Origin: Coriobacteriia bacterium
GTDB taxonomy: Bacteria; Actinomycetota; Coriobacteriia; Coriobacteriales; Eggerthellaceae
Length of the DNA: 64,000 bases
NCBI GenBank assembly: GCA_030530215.1
Contig: JAUMVJ010000008.1
Span: 403-64,402 of the forward strand
Direction: 5' to 3'
Shown here: piece after piece, positions 1-8,099 of the stretch
Layout of the letters: each line of letters opens with the position of its first letter
How positions within the stretch are numbered: position 1 is the stretch's first letter
The notes under the pieces: model-generated
Told to the model about the DNA's origin: nothing
The model's input: only the letters and a program-made list of their open reading frames with translations
Databases searched by the model: none
Made by a program: the position numbers and the translations under genes

Positions 1-1
1 A

Positions 2-1150
2 GTCCGTCGCTGCGGCAAATCCTCTCTTCTCCATTGGCTGAAAAGCGATCTTCTATCTAACGGCGTCGAAGAATGCAACATCTTCTATTGCCGCCTGGAT
101 GCATTCGGAGCACCGGTCAATCCGAATGCCGAATGGCTGCAAAGCGAGATATCGCAAGCAATCAGCAACTCAAACCAAAGCAAATGCTTCTACGTCTTAC
201 TGGACGAAATCCAAGATGTCCAAAGCTGGGAGCGGATCGTAAGACAGCTTCACACGCGCCCTAACACCGATGTGTACATAACCGGATCAAACGCCTACGT
301 CCTTTCGTCCGACCTGGCCACCCTGATCGGAGGGCGCTACGTCGAAGTGAAGGTTCAGCCGTTGTCGTTTGCGGAATACCTCTCCTTTGCTGAAGCCTAC
401 GGCCTTAGCTTCGATTCGAAAGCAGCAGCCTTTGCCGAATATCTGCGCTACGGTGGCATGCCAGCCTTGTTCCATTTGAAAGAGCGAACTGTCGAGGAGC
501 TATCACAGCTTTTGCGCACGATATACGAAACGGTCATCCTCAATGACGTCGCTGCTCGTACAAAAATCAACGACCTTGACCTTCTTTCGAAGCTGGTTAG
601 ATACGTCTTCTCAACTTCGGGGTCACTGTTTTCCACCAATAAAATCACCAATACCCTTACAAGTAATGGCCGCAAAACCAGACCAGAAACCATCGACGGG
701 TACTTGCGTGCTTTAACCGATGCCTTGATTCTTTACGAATGCGAACAAATGGGCCTGGCCGGCAAAGAGATCCTAAGACCCCAAAGGAAGTTCTATCCCG
801 TGGATACAGGCCTTCGAAACCTGATGCGCAACTTTGCCCCCGGCGACTCCGGCTTTCAAATAGAAAACGTGGTCCACAACGAATTAACACGCCGCGGCTG
901 GAAACCGACCGTAGGAACCCTTCGGGCAGGAGAGGTTGATTTTGTCGCAGAGAAAGCCCAAGAGCGTTGCTATGTCCAAGTGAGCGAATCTATTGCGGAC
1001 CCATCCACTTACGAACGAGAGCTAGCTCCTCTGAATGCCATCGACGACGCCTGGCCCAAATACGTCCTCACCGCTGACTACTTAAACTGCGGAACCACCG
1101 AAAACGGAATCCAAATCGTCAATATTATTGACTGGCTGCTTGCAAAATAG
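2..1150 (+). CDS. ATP-binding protein, AAA_14 + DUF4143 family (5'-partial)
   Basis: The frame is open from nt 2: VRRCGKS (Walker A), LLDEIQ (Walker B), ITGSN, YLRYGGMP, KFYPVDTGL, ENVV, EVDFV. The ORF-track start at 272 is internal. Confidence 0.9.
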   Translation, partial: VRRCGKSSLLHWLKSDLLSNGVEECNIFYCRLDAFGAPVNPNAEWLQSEISQAISNSNQSKCFYVLLDEIQDVQSWERIVRQLHTRPNTDVYITGSNAYVLSSDLATLIGGRYVEVKVQPLSFAEYLSFAEAYGLSFDSKAAAFAEYLRYGGMPALFHLKERTVEELSQLLRTIYETVILNDVAARTKINDLDLLSKLVRYVFSTSGSLFSTNKITNTLTSNGRKTRPETIDGYLRALTDALILYECEQMGLAGKEILRPQRKFYPVDTGLRNLMRNFAPGDSGFQIENVVHNELTRRGWKPTVGTLRAGEVDFVAEKAQERCYVQVSESIADPSTYERELAPLNAIDDAWPKYVLTADYLNCGTTENGIQIVNIIDWLLAK

Positions 1151-1218
1151 AAACGTGAGGGGGTCGCCCCCTCACGTACTTCATCGCCCAGCTGATGGGC
1201 ATCAGCTTGAAACCAAGC
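1150..1218 (-). ncRNA. Putative small structured RNA ending in an intrinsic terminator
   Basis: Minus strand reads GCUUGGUUUCA-AGCUGAUG-CC-CAUCAGCU-GGGCGAUGAAGU-ACGUGAGGGGG-CGA-CCCCCUCACGU-UUCUAUUUU (two perfect hairpins), with an AT-rich promoter-like region upstream. Confidence 0.45.
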
Positions 1219-1439
1219 AAAATATTTCAATATTTAGCTAACTAAATATTATCTCCAGGATGCATGAAGAAATCCACAAACACGACTCAGTATCAACGAT
1301 AATTTGGCAAAGCATTTCTGACACCATCCAAACCTGCTATTGATGTTCTTTTTATCAACCAAGCATTCTCGGCATCGGACATCATTTCACAACTAGCTAT
1401 CAATAAAACAACCGCGAGAACTAGAGCAAGAACAAGCAT

Positions 1440-1934
1440 TTAGCGGTTGTCTACCTTTTCGGGATAAAGATCGTGCTGCGTCAGGCGCTGCCAAGCAACT
1501 TCCTCCCACTTGGTGCCAGGCTTGCCGTAGTTGCAATACGGGTCGATGCTGATGCCGCCGCGCGGAGTGAACTTGCCCCACACCTCGATGTAGCGCGGGT
1601 CCATAAGCGCCACCAGATCTTTCATGATCTTGTTAACGCAATCCTCATGGAAGTCACCATGGTTGCGGAAGCTGAACAGGTATAGCTTCAAGCTCTTCGA
1701 TTCCACCATGCGCACATCAGGCACGTACGAAATGTAAATGGTGGCAAAATCGGGCTGACCCGTGATGGGGCACAAGCTGGTGAACTCCGGGCAATTAAAC
1801 TTCACGAAGTAATCGTTGCCGGGATGCTTGTTCTCAAAAGTCTCCAGCACGCTGGGATCGTAATCGGTGGGATAGCTGACGTTCTGGTTGCCCAAAAGCT
1901 GCAGGCCTTCATCGGCACGAGTTTCAGTAGTCAT
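1440..1934 (-). CDS. queF: NADPH-dependent preQ0 reductase (unimodular, 164 aa)
   Basis: [25 protein letters not shown] QueF motif, [14 protein letters not shown]; start placed at MTTETRA after an AAGGAAG RBS. Confidence 0.96.
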   Translation of the reverse strand: MTTETRADEGLQLLGNQNVSYPTDYDPSVLETFENKHPGNDYFVKFNCPEFTSLCPITGQPDFATIYISYVPDVRMVESKSLKLYLFSFRNHGDFHEDCVNKIMKDLVALMDPRYIEVWGKFTPRGGISIDPYCNYGKPGTKWEEVAWQRLTQHDLYPEKVDNR

Positions 1935-1944
1935 AGTTTCTTCC

Positions 1945-2724
1945 TTAGGAAAGTAGCGGGTCGGTTGTTCCGTTAAGCTCAAAGGCGCGCTGGCGATCGA
2001 TACAGGTGCCGCACACGCCGCAAGGCTTTTCACCGCCCTCATAACAGCTCCAAGTGAGTTCGTAGGGCACGCCCAAACGCAGACCCTCGCGCACGATATC
2101 CGCCTTGGACCACTGCACAAAGGGAGCCTCCAGATGAAGCTCGCCGCCCGTCCCCTGCGAAATGGCCGCAGCCATCGCATCGACGAACTCCTGCGAGCAA
2201 TCAGGATAAGCGTTGCCAGCCCAATCATCGTGGTGCGCACCGTAATAAAGAACACTGCAACCAAGACTTAAGGCCATGCTTGCTGCTGACGAAAGGAACA
2301 AACCGTTGCGGAAGGGGACATAGGTGCTTACCGGGGAACCGTCGGATTCTTCCAGCTGCTCGGCGTAGCTTTCCTGCGGGATGTCCTCGGTGGATTGAAC
2401 GAGCAGGGAACAATTACTGTCGGCAAAGATTGCTGACAGATCAAGAAAGCGCTGTTCAACGCCGTAATATTTTGCTACCGCCTTGGCGCTTTCAATCTCG
2501 CGATTGTGCTTTTGGCCGTAACTAATGCTCAGAGCATGCACGTTCCCGGAGCCATACTTGTTGCAGGCCATGGCAAGAAGCGTGGTGGAGTCCACGCCGC
2601 CGCTGCACAGGACCATGGCTTTCACGGGCCCAGCTTGGGCAGTTGCCGCTTTTTCAGCCGTCACGCCTTCGGGCCCGGTCCCCTCAATACGCTCACCACT
2701 CATCTGGTTTTCCTCCGAACTCAT
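1945..2724 (-). CDS. queC: 7-cyano-7-deazaguanine synthase
   Basis: [10 protein letters not shown]-loop, YGQKH, TYVPFRN, YPDCS, TWSCY...CGVCGTC. Confidence 0.96.
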   Translation of the reverse strand: MSSEENQMSGERIEGTGPEGVTAEKAATAQAGPVKAMVLCSGGVDSTTLLAMACNKYGSGNVHALSISYGQKHNREIESAKAVAKYYGVEQRFLDLSAIFADSNCSLLVQSTEDIPQESYAEQLEESDGSPVSTYVPFRNGLFLSSAASMALSLGCSVLYYGAHHDDWAGNAYPDCSQEFVDAMAAAISQGTGGELHLEAPFVQWSKADIVREGLRLGVPYELTWSCYEGGEKPCGVCGTCIDRQRAFELNGTTDPLLS

Positions 2725-2727
2725 AGG

Positions 2728-3540
2728 CTAGACGCCCCTTTCAATCTTGGGCCAGATAATCTTATGAAGCTGAACTTGCACTCTTGCCTTTAGCAGGCCG
2801 TTCTCCTGCAAGAAAGAAACAATCTCGGCGGGCTCGATGTCCCCCGCCACTGGGCTGAAGAGCGCCGGGCAAAGCTCCAGCAGTTTGCTTTCAGCGATAA
2901 CCTGCTTCGCCGCCTCCAGGTCTTCACGGCTGCCCACCACGAACTTGACGCAGTCGCCAGCGCCTAATAAAGCGTAATTCTGCGTAAGCATCCTAGACGC
3001 CATCCCCGAGCTGGGGCATTTGCAATCAACGGTGAAGCCAATCCTGCCACAGCCCAAAGCGTTGGTAAGTTCGCCGTTGCCAGCTTCACCTGAAACCGAA
3101 GCGGGCTTCAAAGAAAAGCCCGCAGATTCGGCTTCAAGTTCACGGCGAAGCTCCGCAAGATCACCCAGGTCAACCGACCCGTTCGTCTCAATTTCAATGA
3201 AGCACCCTGTCTTGCGAACCAGTAGCTCCACCAACTCAGGCAAACCCGGCTGCAGGCATGGCTCGCCACCCGTAAGCGTGACGCACGGGGTACCTGCTTC
3301 CTCGACGAAACGCAGGATGTCTTCCGGAGTCATATCCTCAGACGGGCACGAGACATCGCAGGCCCATCGAGTGTCGCAATAAGAACAAGCCAGATTGCAG
3401 CCAACAAAACGAATGAAGGCACTGAAACGCCCCGCATGCAAGCCCTCGCCATTGATGCTGACGAAGCGCTCGGCGACGGGAAGCCTATGGCTCCCTTCCG
3501 AGGTGCCGACACTCATCGATGCGCTGTCGCGGATTGGCAT
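2728..3540 (-). CDS. queE: 7-carboxy-7-deazaguanine synthase (radical SAM)
   Basis: SINGEG, RFVGCNLACSYCDT, TGGEP, IETNG, QLHKIIW. Confidence 0.93.
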   Translation of the reverse strand: MPIRDSASMSVGTSEGSHRLPVAERFVSINGEGLHAGRFSAFIRFVGCNLACSYCDTRWACDVSCPSEDMTPEDILRFVEEAGTPCVTLTGGEPCLQPGLPELVELLVRKTGCFIEIETNGSVDLGDLAELRRELEAESAGFSLKPASVSGEAGNGELTNALGCGRIGFTVDCKCPSSGMASRMLTQNYALLGAGDCVKFVVGSREDLEAAKQVIAESKLLELCPALFSPVAGDIEPAEIVSFLQENGLLKARVQVQLHKIIWPKIERGV

Positions 3541-3542
3541 GT

Positions 3543-3968
3543 TTAGCGCTCCACGGTGTAAATCGCGCAATTGTTGGGGGTTTCATACACCTCAACCTGG
3601 CTTACCGGCAAGCCCTGCTCAGCAAGCTTCTCGGTGAAGTAGCGAGCAAAGTTCTCGGCAGTCGTGCGGAAAGGCACCACCGACAAAGAGAACTCCTCTT
3701 CCTCAAGGCAGGCAATCGTCTTCGCCATCAGGGAGCCTTCCTCGACGATAAAGGAATGGTCAAAGGCCTCAGTCAGATCGCGCAGCGCCTTCTTGAAGTC
3801 ACCGAAATCGATGACCATGTCCTTCATCTGGCCTTCGGTTTGCAAAGCCTCGGTGGAAAGATAGGCAACAACACGCCAGCGATGGCCGTGAAGATTCTCG
3901 CATTTGCCATCGTAATCGGTAAGGAAATGGGCGGCATCAAAGCTGCTTTCGGTTTTAAGACCGTACAT
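3543..3968 (-). CDS. queD: 6-carboxy-5,6,7,8-tetrahydropterin synthase
   Basis: FDAAH...CENLHGHRW, MVIDF, FDH, TTAEN, VYETP; AAAGGA RBS before MYGLK. Confidence 0.94.
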   Translation of the reverse strand: MYGLKTESSFDAAHFLTDYDGKCENLHGHRWRVVAYLSTEALQTEGQMKDMVIDFGDFKKALRDLTEAFDHSFIVEEGSLMAKTIACLEEEEFSLSVVPFRTTAENFARYFTEKLAEQGLPVSQVEVYETPNNCAIYTVER

Positions 3969-4053
3969 GCAGGGGTCCTTTCGTTTAAACGGCCCCCTAC
4001 CCTGTATGAACAACTCGCCCGCCGAAAGTCGGCACGCAACCGCACTTAGGGCT

Positions 4054-4090
4054 AACGAAACAAACCCACGCGCACCTCGCGCGAGCTTGC
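4054..4090 (-). terminator. Terminator-like hairpin (riboswitch expression platform)
   Basis: GCAAGCUCGCGCG-AGGUG-CGCGUGGGUUUGU-UUCGUU; its 3' arm GUUUGUUU is complementary to the aptamer tail AAACAAAAC. Confidence 0.6.
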
Positions 4091-4095
4091 CCATA

Positions 4096-4134
4096 CCTAG
4101 TTTTGTTTAACGACAGGAGGCTTTCGAACTGTCT
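4096..4134 (-). promoter_or_regulatory. preQ1 class I riboswitch aptamer
   Basis: AGACAG-UUCGAAAGCCUC-CUGUC-GUUAAACAAAACUAGG: 5-bp P1, loop starting UUCG, A-rich tail ending AAAACUAG, directly upstream of queDECF. Confidence 0.88.
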
Positions 4135-4149
4135 TTTCAATTGCCCGCA

Positions 4150-4158
4150 AGTATAGCA
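4150..4158 (-). promoter_or_regulatory. Extended -10 element of the que operon
   Basis: TGcTATACT about 15 nt upstream of the aptamer. Confidence 0.6.
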
Positions 4159-4269
4159 AACCAGGGTACGCGCACGCGAAGGCGCGCAATTGACGCAAAG
4201 GCCTTACGCCCGGCGCAGCCGACGAACGACGACGAATGGAGGCCCGCGCCGCACCTTGCATAAACGGTG

Positions 4270-5616
4270 CTAAATAATCAGGCCGCGTTTCTTGGCCTCA
4301 TGGGTAAGTTCGTCTCGGAAATCGGGATGCGCGATGGCGATCAAACGCTTTGCGCGCGTTTCCAAGTCGGCCCAGCGCAGATCGGCGATGCCGTACTCGG
4401 TGGCAACGTATTGCAGGTCGTTACGCAGCGAGGTCACCGCGCTTCCCGGAGCAAGAATCGGCGCGATCTTGGAAACGGGGCCCTTCTTGGTATGGGCCAC
4501 GCTCGTCACCGCTATGAACCCGCGGCCTCCCTTTGAATGCTTCACGCCGCGAACGAAGTCGCATTGGCCACCGCTTGCGCTGTATTGACGCGGGCCGATA
4601 GATTCGGCACACACCTGGCCGGTGAGGTCGATCGAAACAGCCGTGTTGATGCTTACCAGGTTGTCGTTCTTCGCGATGGTCGCCGGGTCGCACACCGTGT
4701 TATAGCTGCAGAACCTAACCTCGGGGTTCTCGTTGATGAAATCGTACAGGCGCTTGCTGCCGGTCGAGTAGCCGCCAACCGAAACGCCGGGCATGAAGGA
4801 CTTGCGTGAGTTGTCTATGACTCCTGCCTGCTGAAGAGCAACGAACACGTCGGAATACATCTCGGTATGGCAACCCAGGTGCTTCTTGCATTGCAAGCCC
4901 TCGCCGATAGCCTCGGAGATGCCGCCGATGCCAAGCTGGATGGTGTCGCCGTCGTTCACGCGCTCAACCACCAGCTCGGCGACCTTCAGCTCCTCGGGGC
5001 TCGGCTTGATAGCAGGTGCTATGTCCAGCTCCTCGGGCTGCACAAGGAAAGCGTCGATCTGCGAGACGTGGTAATCGTGGGTATCGCCGAAAACGCGCGG
5101 CAAGTTGGGATTGATGTTAGCGATGATGCGCTTGGCACTACGCACGCCACCAGGCACGAAGCCCAGCGGGCCAATATTGCAGTAACCCTTAGCATCGGGA
5201 GGCGTCATCTGCACGATGGCATAATCAAGGTCCTGAGCTGCGAGCATGCTCCATACATCGCTAAAATGAACAGGCACATGCGACACGCACGAGGCAAAGC
5301 CCGCGCGCTCGTTGGGGCCGGCAAAATAGGTGTGATAACGGAAGACCTCGGGCGAGACCTCGCCCAGCTGGGCAAAATCAACCGAGCCGTTCATCCAGTT
5401 GGCCCAGATGTCGACGCCCGACAAAAGCCCCGCCTTAACACGCGCCAAAATCTCGTTGACGACGGTAGTTGGCACATGCAAGCCGCCGCAGTAAATGCGA
5501 TTGCCGCCCGTGATGTAACGAGAGAACAACTCGTCCATCGAAATTGTCTTAACCGCGTATTCGGCTTGCCAATTCTTTTGCTTCTCGGCCGAAACCGGAA
5601 CTTCACTCCAACTCAT
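4270..5616 (-). CDS. Acetyl-CoA hydrolase/transferase family (4-hydroxybutyrate CoA-transferase-like)
   Basis: DGDTIQLGIGGI, HTEM, SINTAVSIDLTGQV, SASGGQCDF, VATEYGIADL, IAHPDFR. Confidence 0.9.
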   Translation of the reverse strand: MSWSEVPVSAEKQKNWQAEYAVKTISMDELFSRYITGGNRIYCGGLHVPTTVVNEILARVKAGLLSGVDIWANWMNGSVDFAQLGEVSPEVFRYHTYFAGPNERAGFASCVSHVPVHFSDVWSMLAAQDLDYAIVQMTPPDAKGYCNIGPLGFVPGGVRSAKRIIANINPNLPRVFGDTHDYHVSQIDAFLVQPEELDIAPAIKPSPEELKVAELVVERVNDGDTIQLGIGGISEAIGEGLQCKKHLGCHTEMYSDVFVALQQAGVIDNSRKSFMPGVSVGGYSTGSKRLYDFINENPEVRFCSYNTVCDPATIAKNDNLVSINTAVSIDLTGQVCAESIGPRQYSASGGQCDFVRGVKHSKGGRGFIAVTSVAHTKKGPVSKIAPILAPGSAVTSLRNDLQYVATEYGIADLRWADLETRAKRLIAIAHPDFRDELTHEAKKRGLII

Positions 5617-5713
5617 GATGCCCCCTATCGAACGCGCTGCACCGCGCTCCCCCTTTACGAGCGCGAAACCGCGAATCATCATGCAATGAAAAGATACCAC
5701 GCCAACACAACAA

Positions 5714-5740
5714 AAGGGCTGCTCATTGGGAGCAGCCCTT
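5714..5740 (-). terminator. Intrinsic terminator
   Basis: AAGGGCTGCTC / GAGCAGCCCTT inverted repeat with a T-tract on the minus strand. Confidence 0.75.
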
Positions 5741-5829
5741 CAAGTGAAGGCAATTTCATCTGCAGGTTCACCGGCTACGAGCACAACGCGCGTGCAGCCC
5801 AAACTGATCAACCCGGCTCGAACGGCGCA

Positions 5830-6012
5830 CTACCTGCGGCCGTGCTTTCCCAAGGGCATCTCGGCATCCTTCTTCTTGCGCTTGTAGGCGAAGACGCCGA
5901 AAACGACCGCTGCGACAAGCGCGAGCACCACGAAGCCGATGATGAACGGCAGCAGCGTGTCGCCGGTGTTAGCCAAGCCGCCAGTCGCGACCGTCCCCAT
6001 TGTGAAACCCAT
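5830..6012 (-). CDS. 60-aa membrane protein consisting mainly of an LPXTG-like sorting signal
   Basis: LANTGD + about 24 hydrophobic residues + KRKKK; GAAAGAAGG RBS; own terminator; alternative start at 6018. Confidence 0.7.
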   Translation of the reverse strand: MGFTMGTVATGGLANTGDTLLPFIIGFVVLALVAAVVFGVFAYKRKKKDAEMPLGKHGRR

Positions 6013-6121
6013 AATCATCCTTCTTTCAAGCAACGACCGTTAGCCGCTGCGCGCATGAACAAAACTGCAGGCCGCAAGCCGTAAGCGCTCGCCTGGGCAA
6101 GCACCATAACGGACAAGCAAT

Positions 6122-6158
6122 AAAAACCAGGCGGACGCCCAATCAGGCGCCCGCCTGG
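6122..6158 (-). terminator. Terminator after paaK
   Basis: CCAGGCGGACGCC / GGCGCCCGCCTGG hairpin followed by TTTTT on the minus strand. Confidence 0.75.
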
Positions 6159-6165
6159 ACAAGCC

Positions 6166-7404
6166 CTAGTAGCGATTATCGAAGATTCGCTTGGTCTTCT
6201 TCTCGGAACGAGGCAGGTAGCCCACCGGCACGCCCTTGGGGTTGGGAGTCATGCCCAACTTGCCCTTGAACAGGAGCTTCATGTTCTCCTCGATGGCCGT
6301 GCAGGCTTCACCGATGGCCTCGGTCTCGAAGAACACCGTCATGATGTCTTTGCCATCGACGTGGTCGATCATGACCTGGTACTCGGACGATGCGCCGTCG
6401 GTGAAGGCGATAATCTCCTCGATCTGCGCGGGGAACATGTTAACGCCCTTGACCTTGACCATGTCGTCGGTACGACCCGTGATGATGTCGATGCGGGGGT
6501 GCTTGGAGCCGCAGTCGCACTCGCCGGGAACAATGCGCGAAAGATCGTGGGTGCGGAAGCGGATAAGCGGTGCGCCCTCTTTCTGCAGGGTGGTGATGAC
6601 AATCTCGCCAGGCTCGCCGTCGGGCACAGGCTCGCCGGTCTTGGGATCAACGATCTCAAGGAAGACGAAGTCGGACCAGATATGCATGGCGCTGTCGGCC
6701 TTGCAGTTGATGCCAATGCCGGGGCCGTAGACCTCGGTAAGGCCGTAGATGTCGTACAGCTCGACGTTGAGTTCCTCGGAAATGCGGCGGCGCATCTTCT
6801 CGCCCCAACGCTCGGAGCCGATAACGCCCTTCTTCAAAGCGAGCTTGTCGCGAATGCCCTGCTTCTCAATCTCCTCGGCAAGCAGCAGTGCATACGAGCT
6901 GGTGGCGCACAGGACAGTGGACTGCAGGTCTTCCATCATCTGGAGCTGCTTTTTGGTGTTGCCGGGGCCCATGGGGATGGCCATGGCGCCCAGGCGCTCG
7001 CAGCCCAGCTGGAAGCCGATGCCCGCGGTCCACAGGCCGTAGCCCGGGGTAATCTGGATGCGATCTTCGGGAGTGATTCCGGCGAATTCGTAGCAGCGAG
7101 CAAACTGAGTGGCCCAATCGTCAACGTCCTTCTGGGTATAAGGAATGATGACGGGCGTGCCCGTGGTGCCCGACGAGGAATGAATGCGAACGATGTCCTT
7201 CTGCGGCACGGCAGCGATTCCCAACGGGTAGGCCTGGCGCAGGTCGCCCTTGTCGGTAAAGGGAAGCTTGCGGAAGTCGTCGAGGGTCTTGATAGCGTCA
7301 AGATCGATGTCGGCGAACTTCTTCGCGTAAAACGGGCTGCGGCTCTTGATGCTCTTGAGCTGCTTCAAAATAACTTCGAACTGCTGTTCCTGGGTCAGTT
7401 CCAT
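6166..7404 (-). CDS. paaK: Phenylacetate--CoA ligase family
   Basis: LPFTDKGDLR, HSSSGTTG, YGLWTAG, DIYGLTE, GRTDDMVKVKGVNMFP. Confidence 0.9.
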   Translation of the reverse strand: MELTQEQQFEVILKQLKSIKSRSPFYAKKFADIDLDAIKTLDDFRKLPFTDKGDLRQAYPLGIAAVPQKDIVRIHSSSGTTGTPVIIPYTQKDVDDWATQFARCYEFAGITPEDRIQITPGYGLWTAGIGFQLGCERLGAMAIPMGPGNTKKQLQMMEDLQSTVLCATSSYALLLAEEIEKQGIRDKLALKKGVIGSERWGEKMRRRISEELNVELYDIYGLTEVYGPGIGINCKADSAMHIWSDFVFLEIVDPKTGEPVPDGEPGEIVITTLQKEGAPLIRFRTHDLSRIVPGECDCGSKHPRIDIITGRTDDMVKVKGVNMFPAQIEEIIAFTDGASSEYQVMIDHVDGKDIMTVFFETEAIGEACTAIEENMKLLFKGKLGMTPNPKGVPVGYLPRSEKKTKRIFDNRY

Positions 7405-7463
7405 ATATTCACTCTCCTTGCAGCGAAAATTCGCTTAGCGCTTAAATCGCAGGATTGCCGAGA

Positions 7464-8099
7464 TTAACGCGGCAGGCCCGCGACGAAGGTCTGGGCTATA
7501 TCGATCGCCTGCATGTTCATATCGACAAAGCGAGGCTTGACGCATGCCTGCACGGCCTTGCGCATCTCATCGATGCCAAGCTCGCCGGACAAAGCATTCC
7601 CAGTATAGAGCCCCGGCTCGTTAACCGCGGCCAGAGTGACCGCCAACATGATGATATTCAAGGCCTTGCGGGAACCAAGCTCGCCGCAAAGCTCAACGTC
7701 GTCGACAATCAAAAGCTCAATACCCTGATTCTTGAGCTCCTCGATCACGGCGGCGGCATCGTAGGGCTTTGCCTTCAAATCCGCCGTCGCAGGAGGCTGA
7801 CCGGTGGTCGCCGTGATAAGCAGGCCGCCCTTGCGCAGCAGGCCAAGGTTGCGAGCGCCCTCGCCGGGCTCAAGCGCAATAAGCACATCAACCGAAGCCT
7901 TTGCGGGCAAGGGGGACGAAACCACTTCGCCCAAGTTGCCCATGCGCACGTGGCTTGTCACGTCGCCGCCGCGCTGCGCCATGCCGGTGGTCTCGCAAGT
8001 ACGCACCTGCCATCCCTTGGCAAGAGCCGCCTCGGCCAAGATGCGCGCTGCCAAAACCGAACCCTGGCCACCGATGCCCGCGATGGAAATATTAATCAT
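7464..8099 (-). CDS. iorB: Indolepyruvate:ferredoxin oxidoreductase beta subunit
   Basis: AGIGGQG, ETTGMAQRGGDVTSHVR, KALNIIML; overlaps the iorA stop. Confidence 0.9.
   Translation of the reverse strand: MINISIAGIGGQGSVLAARILAEAALAKGWQVRTCETTGMAQRGGDVTSHVRMGNLGEVVSSPLPAKASVDVLIALEPGEGARNLGLLRKGGLLITATTGQPPATADLKAKPYDAAAVIEELKNQGIELLIVDDVELCGELGSRKALNIIMLAVTLAAVNEPGLYTGNALSGELGIDEMRKAVQACVKPRFVDMNMQAIDIAQTFVAGLPR

Noticed and set aside
1935-2264. N-terminal extensions in the ORF track (queF, purE, MazG, PARG-like, both TetRs, iorB)
   Set aside because: They overlap neighbouring genes or promoters; downstream starts with an RBS match the family N-termini.
1440-3968. que genes as a 7-deazaguanine DNA-modification (dpd) or QatABCD defence island
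   Set aside because: No dpdA/tgt-like or qat partners are present; queF plus a preQ1 riboswitch indicate tRNA queuosine precursor synthesis.
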